A stretch of DNA of 64,000 nucleotides, taken from positions 2,978,001 to 3,042,000 of the forward strand of contig CM119372.1 of NCBI GenBank assembly GCA_051294905.1. Reading direction: 5' to 3'. The stretch comes from Botryllus schlosseri (taxonomy: Eukaryota). The notes below the pieces were generated by a model. The model did not search any database, was not told where the DNA came from, and saw only the letters and a program-made list of their open reading frames with translations. Below are positions 24,071-37,334 of this stretch, in pieces. Positions within the stretch are counted from its first letter, which is position 1. Every line of letters begins with the position of its first letter. The translations under genes and the position numbers were made by a program.

Positions 24071-27064
24071 AATTGGAAGTAACACATTGGAATCATTTGA
24101 CTGGTCCGGCCCGCGAGCGATGAAAACTTTTGAATCTGGCTCGCGACCCAAGATGAGTTTGACACCCCTGGCGTAAACAAACAACAAGAAATGGCGCGAA
24201 TCGCGAAGAATATTTTTCGTTGCCAGAAATTCAACAAGTAGCACATACGAAACGATGTAAATAAGTCGCAACACATACTTTAAGAACCCATGATTTGTAA
24301 ACGATTTGCAACTAGGTAATTGCCATCATGCTCTTGCGTTTCGACCGCACAATACCATGCCACTTTCACTTTCCAACATTAAGCCTCGCATTTCTGAACT
24401 CAAAAAGCAGTATGGGCAGGGCAATTTTAAAATGAGCATGACAGTCGAACATCACGAGTTACAGCAACAACATAATGCAGAAAGGGTTCTGGGCTGAAAT
24501 ACCGCATTAGCGTAGCACGCATATGTCAATATTGGGAGGTAGAATTGATATACTGCAGAGTTATTCGTCGACAGGTGAAATGAGTCTAATATTTCATCAT
24601 CTTCTGGTAAAAAAGACCGAATTAAGCAATATTCACAGATTAACGGGGCGACAAAGCAAGAGGTAAAATAATATAAGCTATTGTAAGGTTTCGGGAAACG
24701 ACGAGAAACCCACAGATGTCAAAACTACTTCAAGTAGAGGTCGGAAGAGGGCACGTCGGTGGTTAGCAACTTGAACAATGCATCTTTGTGACTAACGCAA
24801 ACTGACTACCGGTATTGACGGTGCAAATAGGTACAATCTTCGACACTCTATTCAGCAGTTACTGTGGTGGTCATTTCGCTCGGAGCTCCTTTCAGAAATG
24901 TGTTGCCAACTTAGCCCAAAACTATCTTTTAGTTTTCAAAAACCAAAGTATGAAAGATAAGTAGCTTTGCCCAAAAACTTTTCGAGTAGAAGTTGAAATA
25001 AGAGCCACTTTATTAAGTAGTGAAAGTAGGCAATAACTACTTAATTACATGGAAAAATAAATAGCCTACTTCGTTTGTCTGACTACCAGTATATGCTGGT
25101 ATTCGACAAGGAAAACTTGATGCTGTACGAGCTAAACAGATAAATTTGAACTTGAAAGTTGTTCTTAGTGACCCAAGATATACGAAAAGGTTGTTGACGA
25201 TTGAAATAGCATACCTAATAGCCCGGGCAAATTTTTGTTGGGTTCAGATCGTGTGAAGGTTGCACTTCATTTTAACAAAAGTTTCAATATAAAGTTGCAT
25301 TCATATATATTTTTTAATTATTTGGGTTACAAGAGATACTCGAAAAATTCCCTTTTATAACCCAACAGTTTAGGATTTGTAAGGTGTCTGCTTGTTCCAT
25401 TTCTTTCTTCGCTATTCAATCGATCATGCATACACTTTTATGTTCGTTAATAGGTTTAAAACGTACATCACAGCTTTTCGCTGTAGGCTCGTGCAGAGCT
25501 GTCAAATTTGGTACTTTCCCATTTCACGGACGGCCTGGCGAGACCGATGAAAATTAGATTTTTGCTGGTACGCAGCAAGAAAATAACGCAATGTCGAAAT
25601 AATGTTCCGCTAAAAGCCAAACAGCAAAGCAATAACTCAGTCCTCCCACCCCGCCAAATCAATTCAAATACCACACCCCGAACCCCCTAGGCCTGCAAAC
25701 TTTATTCAGGCAATTCAGCAAAACTCAGTGTTGGTGACTTGAACAAATAAATAGCTTGATATAGATGACGCCCCAGTGCAAATGTAATTTTCGGCCGTCT
25801 CACCCGGGCGTCTGTGAAATGGGAAGGGACCTCAAATTTAAACGACAGTGAATTAATTAATCTAGCGACCATTTACATATAGTTCGGGCTGTCGTGCTTG
25901 GCTGGGGTTGTTGAAATTCCAGCTTGCAAGATTGCGTCATAGATCACGTTGATATGCAGCTAATCCATCACATAGCTCGTTGCTATGCGTATCAATGAGA
26001 ATAGAACCATACTAGATATAGTTTATAGCACGCTATTTAAATCACTCGATAAAAGTTGCAGTAAAAAGTTGCATGAAAAATCGAATAAAGTTGCGCTATA
26101 AAATTCCTGCAAACAGCTTAAAACATCGTACTACATAAATTCTGAGTATTTACGAGAGAGCGTGAGAGTCTTTATTTTCATCCAACCAAAATACATAAAA
26201 AAAAACAGACGGCAATGATGGTGGTACAGAAAATATGCATGCACAGTAGTCGGTATCAGACAGGAATGATCGATACGACCGTAAAGGTCAACTAGTCTGA
26301 TCACTATACTAATAGTAGCTATACAATGAACAATGAACGCTCGCGTGGATGATAAATTCTATCAAAATGTATACAATGATTTGAATCACTGATTATGTGC
26401 AGCATGCACCCCCTTCCCTATCTGGAACCTGTTTGAATCACCAAGTCGTTATCAACATTGCTATAAAGTATCGAACCGACTTTGTAGAACAGTATTGAGT
26501 CACTAAACAACTGTCAAAAGCACCCAGAGCTGGAATAATATCTGGTTAAGTGTCAAACAGTATTACGGATACTCGTCAATCACGGTATTGTTTTGTCTAG
26601 AGCTGGTGTAATTTCTACAACACTGACTACTTTGCCCACCTCTTCCTATAACCTATCAGAAATAGATCAACATTCCCAGTTTATCAATCGCAGACTTCCT
26701 ACAATGTTAGCAGCGAAAAAGAGTGAGTGAATATACAGTTATACACCCATATCGCACGAAACCAGAACCTGCCTCAGACTTATACCACGGTATAAATCCA
26801 GTACAACATTTTAATCCAAATTATGCATGCCAATAGAAACGTATGACGGTATGCGCGTGGGCACATATGGGATTTATCGCCACGATATAATTCTGAGTTA
26901 GGTTCTTTTTTCGCGTATCACCCTTTTGGAGTGAATATACGCTCTTATCGCTGGGGGCATAGTTAACCTATAGCCCCATATCACGAAAATTGTCGATATT
27001 TTCACCTCTAATGGTCGATACCGATATTCATATCAAAGTATCGACTCCAGATTATCGGCTAACC

Positions 27065-27763
27065 CAGTGGTTCCAACCGAGGGGAATTCCCCACTTAGGG
27101 GGAATTTTGAAATTTTTAGGGGGGAATATGGCTTTAGGATTGTATCGGAAGATACACTGGGTGTACGAGGTGTTTAGATTTTTATGGTAGAACTGTTAAG
27201 TATGAAACTAGTTCTTTACAATTGTATGATTCCTTGGAGGATTTTAGGGCTAGGTGTAGGCCTATGTATAAATGCCTTCCGTAGATATTACACCCCCGAT
27301 AACGTGAGGTTCGCGAGACGATTTCGCTGGGCCCGTGACAGCCTCTCGACCAAACTGCTTCTAAGCTGGGAAAAGTCGAGCCAAATTCAGCACAAAGCTA
27401 CTGGTGAAAATGTTTACCTTTTTAAGCCAACCAGAAGAGCTAACGTGAAAAACATACCAAATTCATCGATTCACCTCAACGCCATAGCAAGCGGAGTTGG
27501 TGATTTATTTCTCGTCAGCGGCTGCCGGACCGGTAAAAAACAGGTCAAATTTAGCTGTATTTTGCCAAAGTGTAGTGCGGTCCGCATTTGGCATAGTTCG
27601 AACATATCTGAATATGTTTGACCATGTATTGCTCAGTCAAGAATAATGGTTGTGCGTTAAAGAGTACCTTTTTTAGTCACAGGTAACATTTTCATACGGG
27701 GGAATTTTAGCTCAAATATCTCGGCCGAGGGGTCCACGATACGAAAAAGGTTGGAAACCACTG
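27065..27763. mobile_element. hAT MITE
   Basis: CAGTGGTTCCAACC..GGTTGGAAACCACTG; TSD GGCTAACC/GGTTAACC. Confidence 0.85.
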
Positions 27764-27831
27764 GGTTAACCCGATAATCTATCGGGGTCTAGTTTTGATA
27801 GATAAAAAAATAAAAAAAAATAAATGATTAC

Positions 27832-27948
27832 CTGCGAGTTTCCAAATATATGTACTCTTGGGGTAAGCCGGAGCGTCACACATCAGAAAAAGGCTGTAAC
27901 CCTCACGAATCACTCTTTCTCCGGTAATATTCACGTCGGTTGGCGGGT
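27832..27948 (-). CDS. Ig receptor B exon 8: first half of domain 4 (C2/I-set)
   Basis: cacag|(H)PPTDVNITGERVIREGYSLFLMCDAPAYPKSTYIWKLA|gtaatc; phase 1->1. Confidence 0.9.
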
Positions 27949-28013
27949 CTGTGATGAATGGATATTGGTTACGCGCTACTTCGTTAACACACATTCATCT
28001 CTTCTGCTTAGCA

Positions 28014-28820
28014 CAGGGTTGGGCAAACTTTTCATCACACGGGCCGCATTGAACATCTGAATCCATTCGCGGGCCGCACTATATTAAATTTGGATTATTA
28101 GCTTAAGCGCAATATTTTTATGTAATTATACAGGGACCGAGGAATTATGGATGTGATATCTATGTATATAATAAAAACTAATCAAATAATAATATACACG
28201 CGTCAGAAACATTGACAAGATTTTTTACGCTGGCCGTCCTCAACAAGCAATTTGGTAAAATTTGGGATGAAAGGCGGCGGTGTCAATTCTTAAAAGAGGA
28301 TGTAAATTTAACTCTGTGAGGAGAAAAGATCCGTTCATCGAATTGCCGATTCTACGTTTGGTTTACCTCCAGGACAGGCAATGCTGACAGCATCATAATT
28401 ATGCTACCTTAAATATACGCTTCTACAATATATAGTTAATATAAATATAAAATACTTCTACACATATCGAGGACATACATATACCTAACTTAACACACGC
28501 GTCGCAAATACAATCACATAAGTAATAAAATTGCTGCAGTTTCGCACTCATGATCAAAAATCAGAATTATGTTATTTCCGTTTTGAGTTTCTGTGATGTT
28601 TGCCAAATGAAACCTTGGAAAATACGTAAGCCTTGAGATCAGGCTACTACGTCAGCAATAAAATAAACATCATAGTAAGAAATATTAACAAATGGTATTG
28701 CCAAGTCGCTGCAAAGATTGCACTTCACTACGCATTATATTTTCTAGAGGATTTCGCGGACCGCACAAAACGGTGTTCTGGGCCGCATGCGGCCAGTGAG
28801 CCGTAGTTTTCCCACCCCTC
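28014..28820. mobile_element. hAT MITE
   Basis: CAGGGTTGGGCAAAC..GTTTTCCCACCCCTC; TSD GCTTAGCA. Confidence 0.85.
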
Positions 28821-29682
28821 GCTTAGCACATCTCTATAGTGCTATCATCGGATGTCAGATATGGCATAACACAGCATAACTAGTCATTTCCGAAAATATA
28901 TTGTTGAGATAAATCTGGAGGTACGCAGAACCACCACGTGGAATTGCATGCATACGTATACTTGAAGCTTCCGGGTAGCACTGTTCCGGGGCAATCACCA
29001 ACAACGCAGATTTCTTATTATTATTGAAGGGCACTGCACCCTAAATATGACGTGTCAAATAAAAGATATAAGTGTTAAACAACAGCAAGCCTTTCCCTCG
29101 GAGAATCAATGTATTCAATCCGCAGGTAAAAGATTCACAAGAGTGGTACTTTCCAGTCGAGCTCATCTCTGAGGTGTCGAGGTAACGCGTCATCGCTTCA
29201 TGCCACATATGATGCAGATTTACCCGACACGGAATCGAATAGTCAAATACTCCATTTTGCCAATGGTTCGATACTGTTCTACCGACGTTTAAGATTTGAA
29301 ACCTACAATGATCGTATAACTGCATACAAAACATGTAATACACACTACCCAGTATCCATATGCTAGTCAAAATATCATTTCTGTGAAGTCATGATCAACC
29401 CACAGTATTGCCACAAAATGCAATGAAATAGTAAGGGTCAAAAATCACCCAATTATCTTTATATGGCATAGACCTGGCATTATTTTACTTGTGCTCGCAG
29501 AAAAGGTACATATATCTGAAATCTTCATAGCACTTATATTCTTATGACGTCGAAATGGGTATACTCTATATAGAGTCGAATCACTCGGGTAATTCAGTTT
29601 GCCAAGCCCTAGTTACGCCAAGGCACAAAACTACAAAATGGTGTCGGAAAAATGAAGTCGTTACCAGAATGGTTCTACTTAC

Positions 29683-29866
29683 GCGGGATCCTGGACAAGT
29701 AGGGTCGCGATTCGTATGTTTTGCCCGCAATTTTCGCGACACAGGTGAAATTCTCTCGTAACGAATTTGGATGTGACGTCATCAAATGTCGAGGTACAAT
29801 CAAATCCACTGTTATGGTGGACATGCCAGCTACGCTGATGTGCCCCTTCATTTCTCCAGGAAGATC
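29683..29866 (-). CDS. Ig receptor B exon 7: second half of domain 3
   Basis: ttcag|DLPGEMKGHISVAGMSTITVDLIVPRHLMTSHPNSLRENFTCVAKIAGKTYESRPYLSRIP|gtaagt; phase 0->1; different frame from the ORF-track call. Confidence 0.8.
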
Positions 29867-32800
29867 CTGAATTCAATTATGTTAGGACCGTTTTAGTCGA
29901 GAAGGTGGCGTTGTTAATTTAGTTTTAGACCTAGATCAGGTATCTTTCGTTCAATGAATTAGCCTAGCACATACCTTATTAGAGCGCAACATTACCCAAA
30001 GAATTACGAATGGCGAGAAATGACTCTCATGCGGTCACGGTCGCTATGTAGACACGATTTAAACAACATTGGAAAGGGCAGAACTGGGCCTCAGACAGAA
30101 GCTCTATCATGGCATTGGCTATTGTTTTGAGACTTGCCGATAGCCATGATTCTGATACCGCCAATATGGACAGGCCGATGTATCGGCCAACTTTTTTGCC
30201 TTGTTGACACCCTTTTGAAATCTTCTGTTTTATACCAATATTAAAATGACTTGAAAATATATTCTGTTCTGGTGTGTGAGTATACTTAATAAACGTTTTT
30301 TTGTTTGTCTAGAGCAGTGGTTCTCAAACTTTTTTAGACACGCCCCCCTTTATGATAGTGAAAATTTTCGCGCCCCCTTATCGTCATATCACAAAATGCG
30401 ACCAGAATGCTAGCAATCCCAACGGATAGTTGGATGGCATGGAAGGTTATGACTGTTGATGAGAGAAATCTTCAATATGAAATTCGGACTATACACAGAG
30501 CAAAAACTATAAATTGGAGGTAAATCGCGCCTGGCGCGAAAAATGTTTTCAGTTTACCCCAGCCTCGCGTCCCTTCAGAATCATTCATCTCCCCCCGTCC
30601 AGTTTGAGAGCCACTAGTCTAGAGAGTAATTTATATAACAAACAACTTTCCTGGTAGCAGTCTACAGAAAAGCAGAATTTAGACGGGATGCTACGGACGA
30701 GAAACAACCAATACTCAAGACTTGCTTAGGCGCCGTCTTTTATTTTTGCACGAGGTGGCGGAGTTTTGTGACGTCATAATCATTCCAGACGGGTGACGTC
30801 ATATTCGCACGGATTTGGCGAATCGTGTAAATGCCGATAATACAAGGATCCTCGTGTTGACGAGCTTCGCGTATGATTAGGCGTAAGTTTAAGAGCGAGT
30901 ACAGCATGGTTGTCAATTAGCAATGCGTCGATCTCGCTTGAATACCCACTATTCACCATCACGCGCGCGAACAATTGATACGCGACTTCTGTGACGACGA
31001 ACTGAAAAATGACCACATCTGTTGTGGAATATGCCTTGTAATGGCACCGATTTCAGGGGATTCAGGCCATCTATTGATAACTCGGCCTTAACACACATCT
31101 TCTGATACTTTAGTATTAGCGCAAATCAATTACGCCCGCCCACTGCGTAGAAGACGGGTAGCTCAAGCCAGCGATGATTCATCAAGCCTGCTGTAATCTG
31201 GCCAGGCGTGTTTCGATGCATGCGATAAATCAGGCCTCCGCCAGACGCACTAAATCAAACCAGCGACCAGCGCACAGCAGTTGTTAAACGCCCAATTTCA
31301 GTGCGAATGAATAACAATCTCAGCAGGAGATCGCGTGCTGCTGTACTATACTACGGTGCACAGACTGGTACGTACACCAGTGATTCCCAAACTGTGTGCC
31401 GCGGCACACTATTGTGCCACCACAGATTCTCAGGTTAGCTGTACCGGTAGTCTTTCTGGGATTGCGGAAAACGGTGTATGTTAGCCAATAGGCATGCAGA
31501 CAAGCGGGTGCTACTAAAGGCGGTCTAACCTACTCAACAGGCTGACAAATGTGCCCGTGACCATGAAACCAATCATGGAATTGCCGATGAATGGGTCATG
31601 ACTGCTAGGTGGCTACATGTAGACAAAATTCTCTGATTGTTCCAAATCAACTCCTGAACTTGAAATCGTGCCATAAATCCCGTGCACAGTGTCTGGAATT
31701 CGCCTAACACTTCAACAATACCACTCATCTCAGGATTTGCTGCAAACAAATATTGGTGGGTAGTCAATTCATTTCGAAGACATTAATCAAGCAATCGTCT
31801 TACAGAAGAAGAACAGCTCATTGATTTATTAAACACCCGTTTTATAAAACGCCGTTTTCGAGAAAAGTTTTGGATGCCTCCTTCCAAATCCTGTTCCATG
31901 ATAAATGCAATCAAAACTTTATTGTCATTTGCACCTAATGGGTATTTGAGCATTATTTATTTTCGCTTTGACGGAAATATAAAGTCGTGACCGAAAGATA
32001 ATGGTTGGTAAACGACGAAGTGCGTGAATGTTTGTTAGCAATTACGCATCGTTTCAGTCGAATATATGTTTGTATAGCATAGCCATCGCATTAACACGGG
32101 AATCGATTTTTAAAGCTAATTTATTGTAAGTTTGCCGCGATCATTATATACTTTTTCTAGTGTACCACAAGCCGAAAAAGTTTCCACTGGTGTACACAGT
32201 CGATTCCTGATAACTGGCAGTACGCAGCACCAATAATACAAATTTCTGATACGGCATTTCAAAAGGACGGGCTTTCGGGTTTGAAATGGGGGTCCTAATT
32301 TACACTCTACGCTACGCGACTGGGGGTCCTAATTTACACTCTGATTAATATCAGTACGTAGGCCCCGATCAGCCACTCGAGTTTGATTGTGAAATGGTGC
32401 GAATAAAATTATTCAGGTGTCATTGCAGCAAGAGCAATATGGGCGCATGGCGCGACCTTATCAATAGAAATCCATTTCTACGAAATGCCAAATTGCTTGA
32501 AATTCGATCCGAGATACTGTCGCCCTCGATAGAGTCCGTCCAGCAATCAAGTTTATTGGAACATAGAAGGTTTCCGTTCAAACTAATCGCATAAATTCAG
32601 AATTTGCGCCCACGAGAATCTCGAATTATTTAGAATTATTTAGGAAGCTCCCGGAAGCTGTAAATAAAAGTTGCAAAAATTTGCCCAACTGATTACTATA
32701 AATCACGGATTACAATTTATTGGGACGTCCAAGCATTTTGTACGAGGTGGCCGTCAACCCGTAACTCGGCGCCTATGACTCAAGTCCCAAGTCGCGAATA

Positions 32801-35408
32801 TCATTCGTGAATAGAAATATGAAGCGAAATCGATTTGATAGCGGCTAGTTACTCTGCAAATTTTGATACCCATGACACTTATTGTGTAGATGTCTGGTAC
32901 AGATAGGTTTGCATTTAAAATAAATGGATGTTTAAAACACTTTGTTTAAAACATGTTTCAAATAAAGGCCTTTAAAAAAAATTCTGATTTTTCAAGTAGT
33001 AAAATCATGCCATAAATGTGTAAATGCTTTCCAAAAAACACGTTGTATGAGCCTACGGACGATTACCAGCCGACATAGCCGACGTATACGATATGGGATG
33101 GTTGAAACCCTCTAGTACGTAGATACTTCGTCAAAGGAGCTACATTTACCCTATATTTTGAATTGTCAAGGTCCATCCAGCATGACGTCACAATTGAATA
33201 TTCGTGAAGTCATGACTTAAGAAACAAACAAAAAAACAATAAAAACATGTTTTAAACAAGGGCCTTGTTTTAAACATGTTTGTTTTAAATGCAACCCTAG
33301 GTACAAAGTCAGAGGAGAGCGGCTTCAGATATTTTACAACTGACACCGAAAAGTTATTATCCACGCAATGCCAGCGAATAGAAATGCGAAAACCGACCTT
33401 ATCGCCCATCCTCCAAAATACTCGGAACTTTTCTGACGAGTCGACCTCAGACGTACATGTGGCCAAAAACGCCCCGGCGGGTTTCCCGCTTCTAATGTCC
33501 ATATGGGGGCGGTCTGAAACAAAAATGGAAAGTGAATGGAACATTGCGATTCTGAGAAAAATTCCAAGTTTCGAGACCAGAGCTTCACGCCAAAGCAGGC
33601 CTGGACTATCGCATGCGGTAATAAGATAATCCAGACATTTCAAGTTTCGAGCAGAACTTTTCAGACATTTAATTTGTTATATGGTGGTTTAGGAATGACT
33701 CGTATGACATTTGGATAGGGTTTGACTGAAATTAAGTGAGTTGGGCTATGAGAGAGATTAGGTTTGTGGTTGATTGATAAGTTAAATTCGGTTACGACAG
33801 ACCTGAAGTTAGATTACTTGGGCTAAGTCAAATTTAATCAGGTATGGGGTCAAGTTGGTTAGGGGTTGGGCGAGGAGTTCAATTCGGAAAGAGCGCATGA
33901 ATGAGGGGTGCGGTCTAGATAGCTTGACTAAGATTTAATCGGGTTAAAGTTTGGTCAAACTTTGTTTAGGAATAAGGATAGGACTTAGTTTGCCGAGCCA
34001 TAGCTGCAATCCGAGACGAGCGTCTCCAATTCCTAATAAGTGCCGATTTACCAGGCGTCGAATCCTTTCTGTTATGCTAAATCTGCTGATGGAAACTAAG
34101 CAAGCGTTACGTATCGGTCTTCTATTTCCATTATAATCAAGCGATCCAAATGAAACAATAATAGGGATTTTCTTGGTCTAAACCATGGGTCACAACTCTC
34201 AAACACGCGGCCCGCGAAGGCCTTTTAGGATTTCACGCATTCGACAATATATCCAAGTGTCATATATCTTTTTTATATTTATGAATCTTAAATTCACTCT
34301 AAAACAGGGGTCGGCAACCCCTAGCACACGAGGTGATTTTTCATGGCACACCAAACGAATTGACGCATACGACACGTTATAATCATGTTTGTGGCAAAAA
34401 GTCAAACGGAAATGTTCAAAATGGAAAAAGCTCGAAGGTGACCAAAATTATTTCGTAAAACAATATAGGTGATTCCAATATATTTTGAACAGCGGAAGTC
34501 TTTACCGCGATCTGTAGAGCTTTGCAGACAAACTTATGTGTCAAACTGACGTGTATGATAAAGGGGTGGGTACATTTTTCATGATCAAGTTATACCGTTG
34601 TAGCAACGTTGATGCGCGTGTCGCTTATTGGCTGTGGCACCGAACACAGAAACTACAAAAGAAGCCATAGGGGATAGTCCATAGCGCGAATAACTTTTTT
34701 TTGCAATAAATTAAGCAAATATTATTATATTAAATGATAGCTGTTGTGCGGTAGCGACCAGAATTTATACCTTTCGCGACTCATACTTGGAGAACCACTG
34801 GCGCAACTGATGCCGTTGCCAGCTTCAGATAAGCGGTTAGTGGATTTCCCTGCTTGAAACGATAAATATCACAAAACTAAAAATGTTTGGCACGCCAGCT
34901 GGTAATATTTTTGAAATTGGAATATTTTGGCACGCTGCACACGAAAGGTGGCCTGTCCCTGCTCTAAAACTACAAGAAAAACCTGAAATCTCAACAAACC
35001 TCACCACCACATCACTTTTAAAAATCTATCATGCAGTAGAAGATCATCTATTACGTCACATTTCTAGTTCATGATGATAAAACATGACCCGTTGATGATT
35101 CGTGACTGAAGATTGTGATTTGGATTGGTGCGAGCTTTCGTAAAATTACTCGATTTCGGATCGACTGAGTGATGAACTAAAATAATTCGAGTTGAGTCGG
35201 GTCTAACGTCAAAATCAGAGAAGGAGTTGCGTCTCGGAATAGTGACTTGGTAATCCTACGGACGCGACAATCTATGAAACTGTCATTGGAAATAGTAATA
35301 CCTTAAAACGTCGGAGCTTGCGTTGCGTAGGGTATATATAGGTATATAATGAGGTCAGTATGGAAACCATTGGCATTCTATGGCCCCCGTGACGTATAGA
35401 TTGGTTAC

Positions 35409-36231
35409 ATCCTTGGTGTTGTTTGTTCTCTTTATCCATGTTATTATCGGTGGCGAGTGAGGTAGTGGTCCAACGCTCCACAGCTGTAACACCGATGGAT
35501 TCTTCGGCGATTGGACATTTCTATTCCACGGGCTCTTAATCAGGGGTCCATATAGACACCATCGGGGTACAAGGTACATTGTGGAAGTATGCGTATATGA
35601 TGTGGAATATCTTCTGGACCAATTTATTCGACTGGAAAATATTCTTCGCGCCACGCGCGATTTTATGTGAATGGGCTTTTTGATTTCAATATAGGTACCA
35701 TACCATCAGAATTGGTGTTGGCGGAAAATCATATTGAAAGCACAAGGGGTACGATCGCTAAAAAGGTTAACAAGCAATGCTATTACTACGGCACAATAAT
35801 GATTATATTCAGATTGTTAATGATCTGTTCCAATATTAATCGACTTTATTTCCTTCTCAGAATTTGGTGTCAATGTCCCCGACGTGTTGCTAATGGTGAC
35901 TAGAGTTAATGACAAAAGTGCCGTGGTTTGGTTATATTGTGGCATATGAACTGAAGATGATCGAAATTTGCTGTCTTCAAGGAATATGTACTTGAAAATA
36001 TTTGTTACTAAAAATCTCTTCTTCTGCTGGAAATATGCTGGATATTCCAAGTATTTTCACATATAATCAGAATTGCGTCGCGGGTCGGATGAAGCCAAGT
36101 GGTAGGCCGTATGTTTGACACCGCTAGACTACACGATGCCCTACAAGCGTTTCGAAACGTAGATGTCCTCAACGTTCTATCCGAAGGAGCAAATGTCCTA
36201 ATGGTCCGACATTCGTCGCACACGCAATCCC
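35409..36231 (-). CDS. Ig receptor B exons 3-6: Cys-rich atypical domain 2 and first half of domain 3 (TGA at 35706-35708)
   Basis: Exons of 171, 130, 54 and 223 nt separated by 72-87 nt introns; phases chain 1-1-2-2-0 and fit both neighbours; GDCVCDEC..ACRASC..TTW..TALLSLTL..F*CRINW..YGPLI..SPPIITW. Some donors are weak (GTGAAA, GTCGAT). Confidence 0.55.
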
Positions 36232-36307
36232 CTTACAACCACGACGACGGAATTACGGCGACGTTGTTTAATAGTTACATACACCATATATCAAAATTTA
36301 TACATAC

Positions 36308-36459
36308 CTTTAACGATCAAATTAGATTTTGTTTCCGCATGCCCGTTAGAGGATATCGTGGTACATGTGTATTGCCCTCCGTCTGACTGTTTCAGATCAT
36401 ATATCCGTAGATTTGTTGAAGTAGATGTTAATCGTCGTCCAAACGATTCGCGGAACCAT
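36308..36459 (-). CDS. Ig receptor B exon 2: second half of V-set domain
   Basis: tttcag|WFRESFGRRLTSTSTNLRIYDLKQSDGGQYTCTTISSNGHAETKSNLIVK|gtatgt; canonical DxGxYxC; phase 2->1. Confidence 0.9.
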
Positions 36460-37104
36460 CTGAAAATTTCCCTGTCGCGTTATCGATGTCTTCTGGTTAT
36501 ACAAATACACAGACTTTGTAACCACTTTGATGAAAAACACCGATATGTGGTCAAAATCGTAGTTGCTGGTACTCTTGTAAAAAGAGAACTAATGCCGGAG
36601 ATTTCTAATCAAACACCAGCATAGGCGCATGCCCAAATTACTTCAAAAGTAGAAGGGAAACACGAAATTAATAGTTTGTCAGAACTCAGAAGGGATTTGG
36701 AGAAAGCGTGAATGTTTAATTTTTCAGTTGCGGAGCTCTCTTTTATCAAAAAGTAGCTCCAGCTCCGGAGCTCATGGATATCAATGCTCCGGCTCCCTCA
36801 AATACTAGGGTGACAACAATCAATTGCGTCAGTCATTAGTCAGTATCATCGGTTGCGAATGTTCTGCTATCACATCCTCATCAGCAACGTGGTTATTTAT
36901 AAAAGGTGAACCAAACAGAGAACAAGCGCATTGTAAACAAAAACCGCGAATGGCACCGACTTCAACTGTAGCAAGGAGGACACATAAGGTCGGCTACACT
37001 TCCCGGTACCATACAACGCGGAGAGGAACATGACCGGTTTAAAAGCATGTCCGCTGTCCTCAGTACTTGTACGCCTAACAAATAAAATTGTGTAATATAC
37101 TCAC

Positions 37105-37334
37105 TGAGGTTTTGGATGCAGGGTATCGTATCGGTGTTGCACGCTGTATTTAGCAATGTGCTCGGATCCCTTAGTCCAGTTGTAGGTCACGTTCGCACCG
37201 TATCCGGGGTCAATTAAAGGAGCGGAGCACGGCAGTTCCGCTCTCAAGCCGGCGAATTTGACTAGTTTATCCGCAGTGACGCATACTGCCAAGATATTCA
37301 CCAGCACAACCTTAAACGCCATTAGTTTATACAT
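37105..37334 (-). CDS. Ig receptor B exon 1: signal peptide + first half of V-set domain
   Basis: MYKLMAFKVVLVNILAVCVTA-DKLVKFAGLRAELPCSAP...VTYNWTKG; acceptor-like ttttgcag just upstream; donor CA|GTGAGT (phase 2). Confidence 0.85.

Larger units (their letters stand above)
8413..37334 (-). pseudogene. IgSF type I membrane receptor gene, copy B (signal peptide, 5 Ig-like domains, TM, short tail) with an in-frame stop and a frameshift; pseudogene or truncated allele
   Basis: Phase-compatible GT-AG exons 37105-37334, 36308-36459, 36061-36231, 35845-35974, 35704-35757, 35409-35631, 29683-29866, 27832-27948, 22508-22745, 21233-21294, 15929-16124, 12138-12246, and tentatively 8970-9002 and 8413-8476. 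Ig motifs: LPC..YNW, DGGQYTC, ENFTC, LMCDA..YIW, YSCHAVN, LKC..ISW, GTYQCIAEN. Confidence 0.8.

Noticed and set aside
27184..27621. 145-aa plus-strand ORF
   Set aside because: Lies wholly inside a TSD-flanked MITE and shows no transposase motif.
28880..29370. Possible extra minus-strand exons between exons 7 and 8
   Set aside because: Exons 7 and 8 already join in phase (IP|HPP); the candidate frames give no coherent domain.
29679..29876. ORF-track translation GSSWRNEGAHQ.. and antisense ORF 29555..29761
   Set aside because: Wrong frame or strand of exon 7; the DLPGEM..ENFTC frame fits the Ig pattern and phases.
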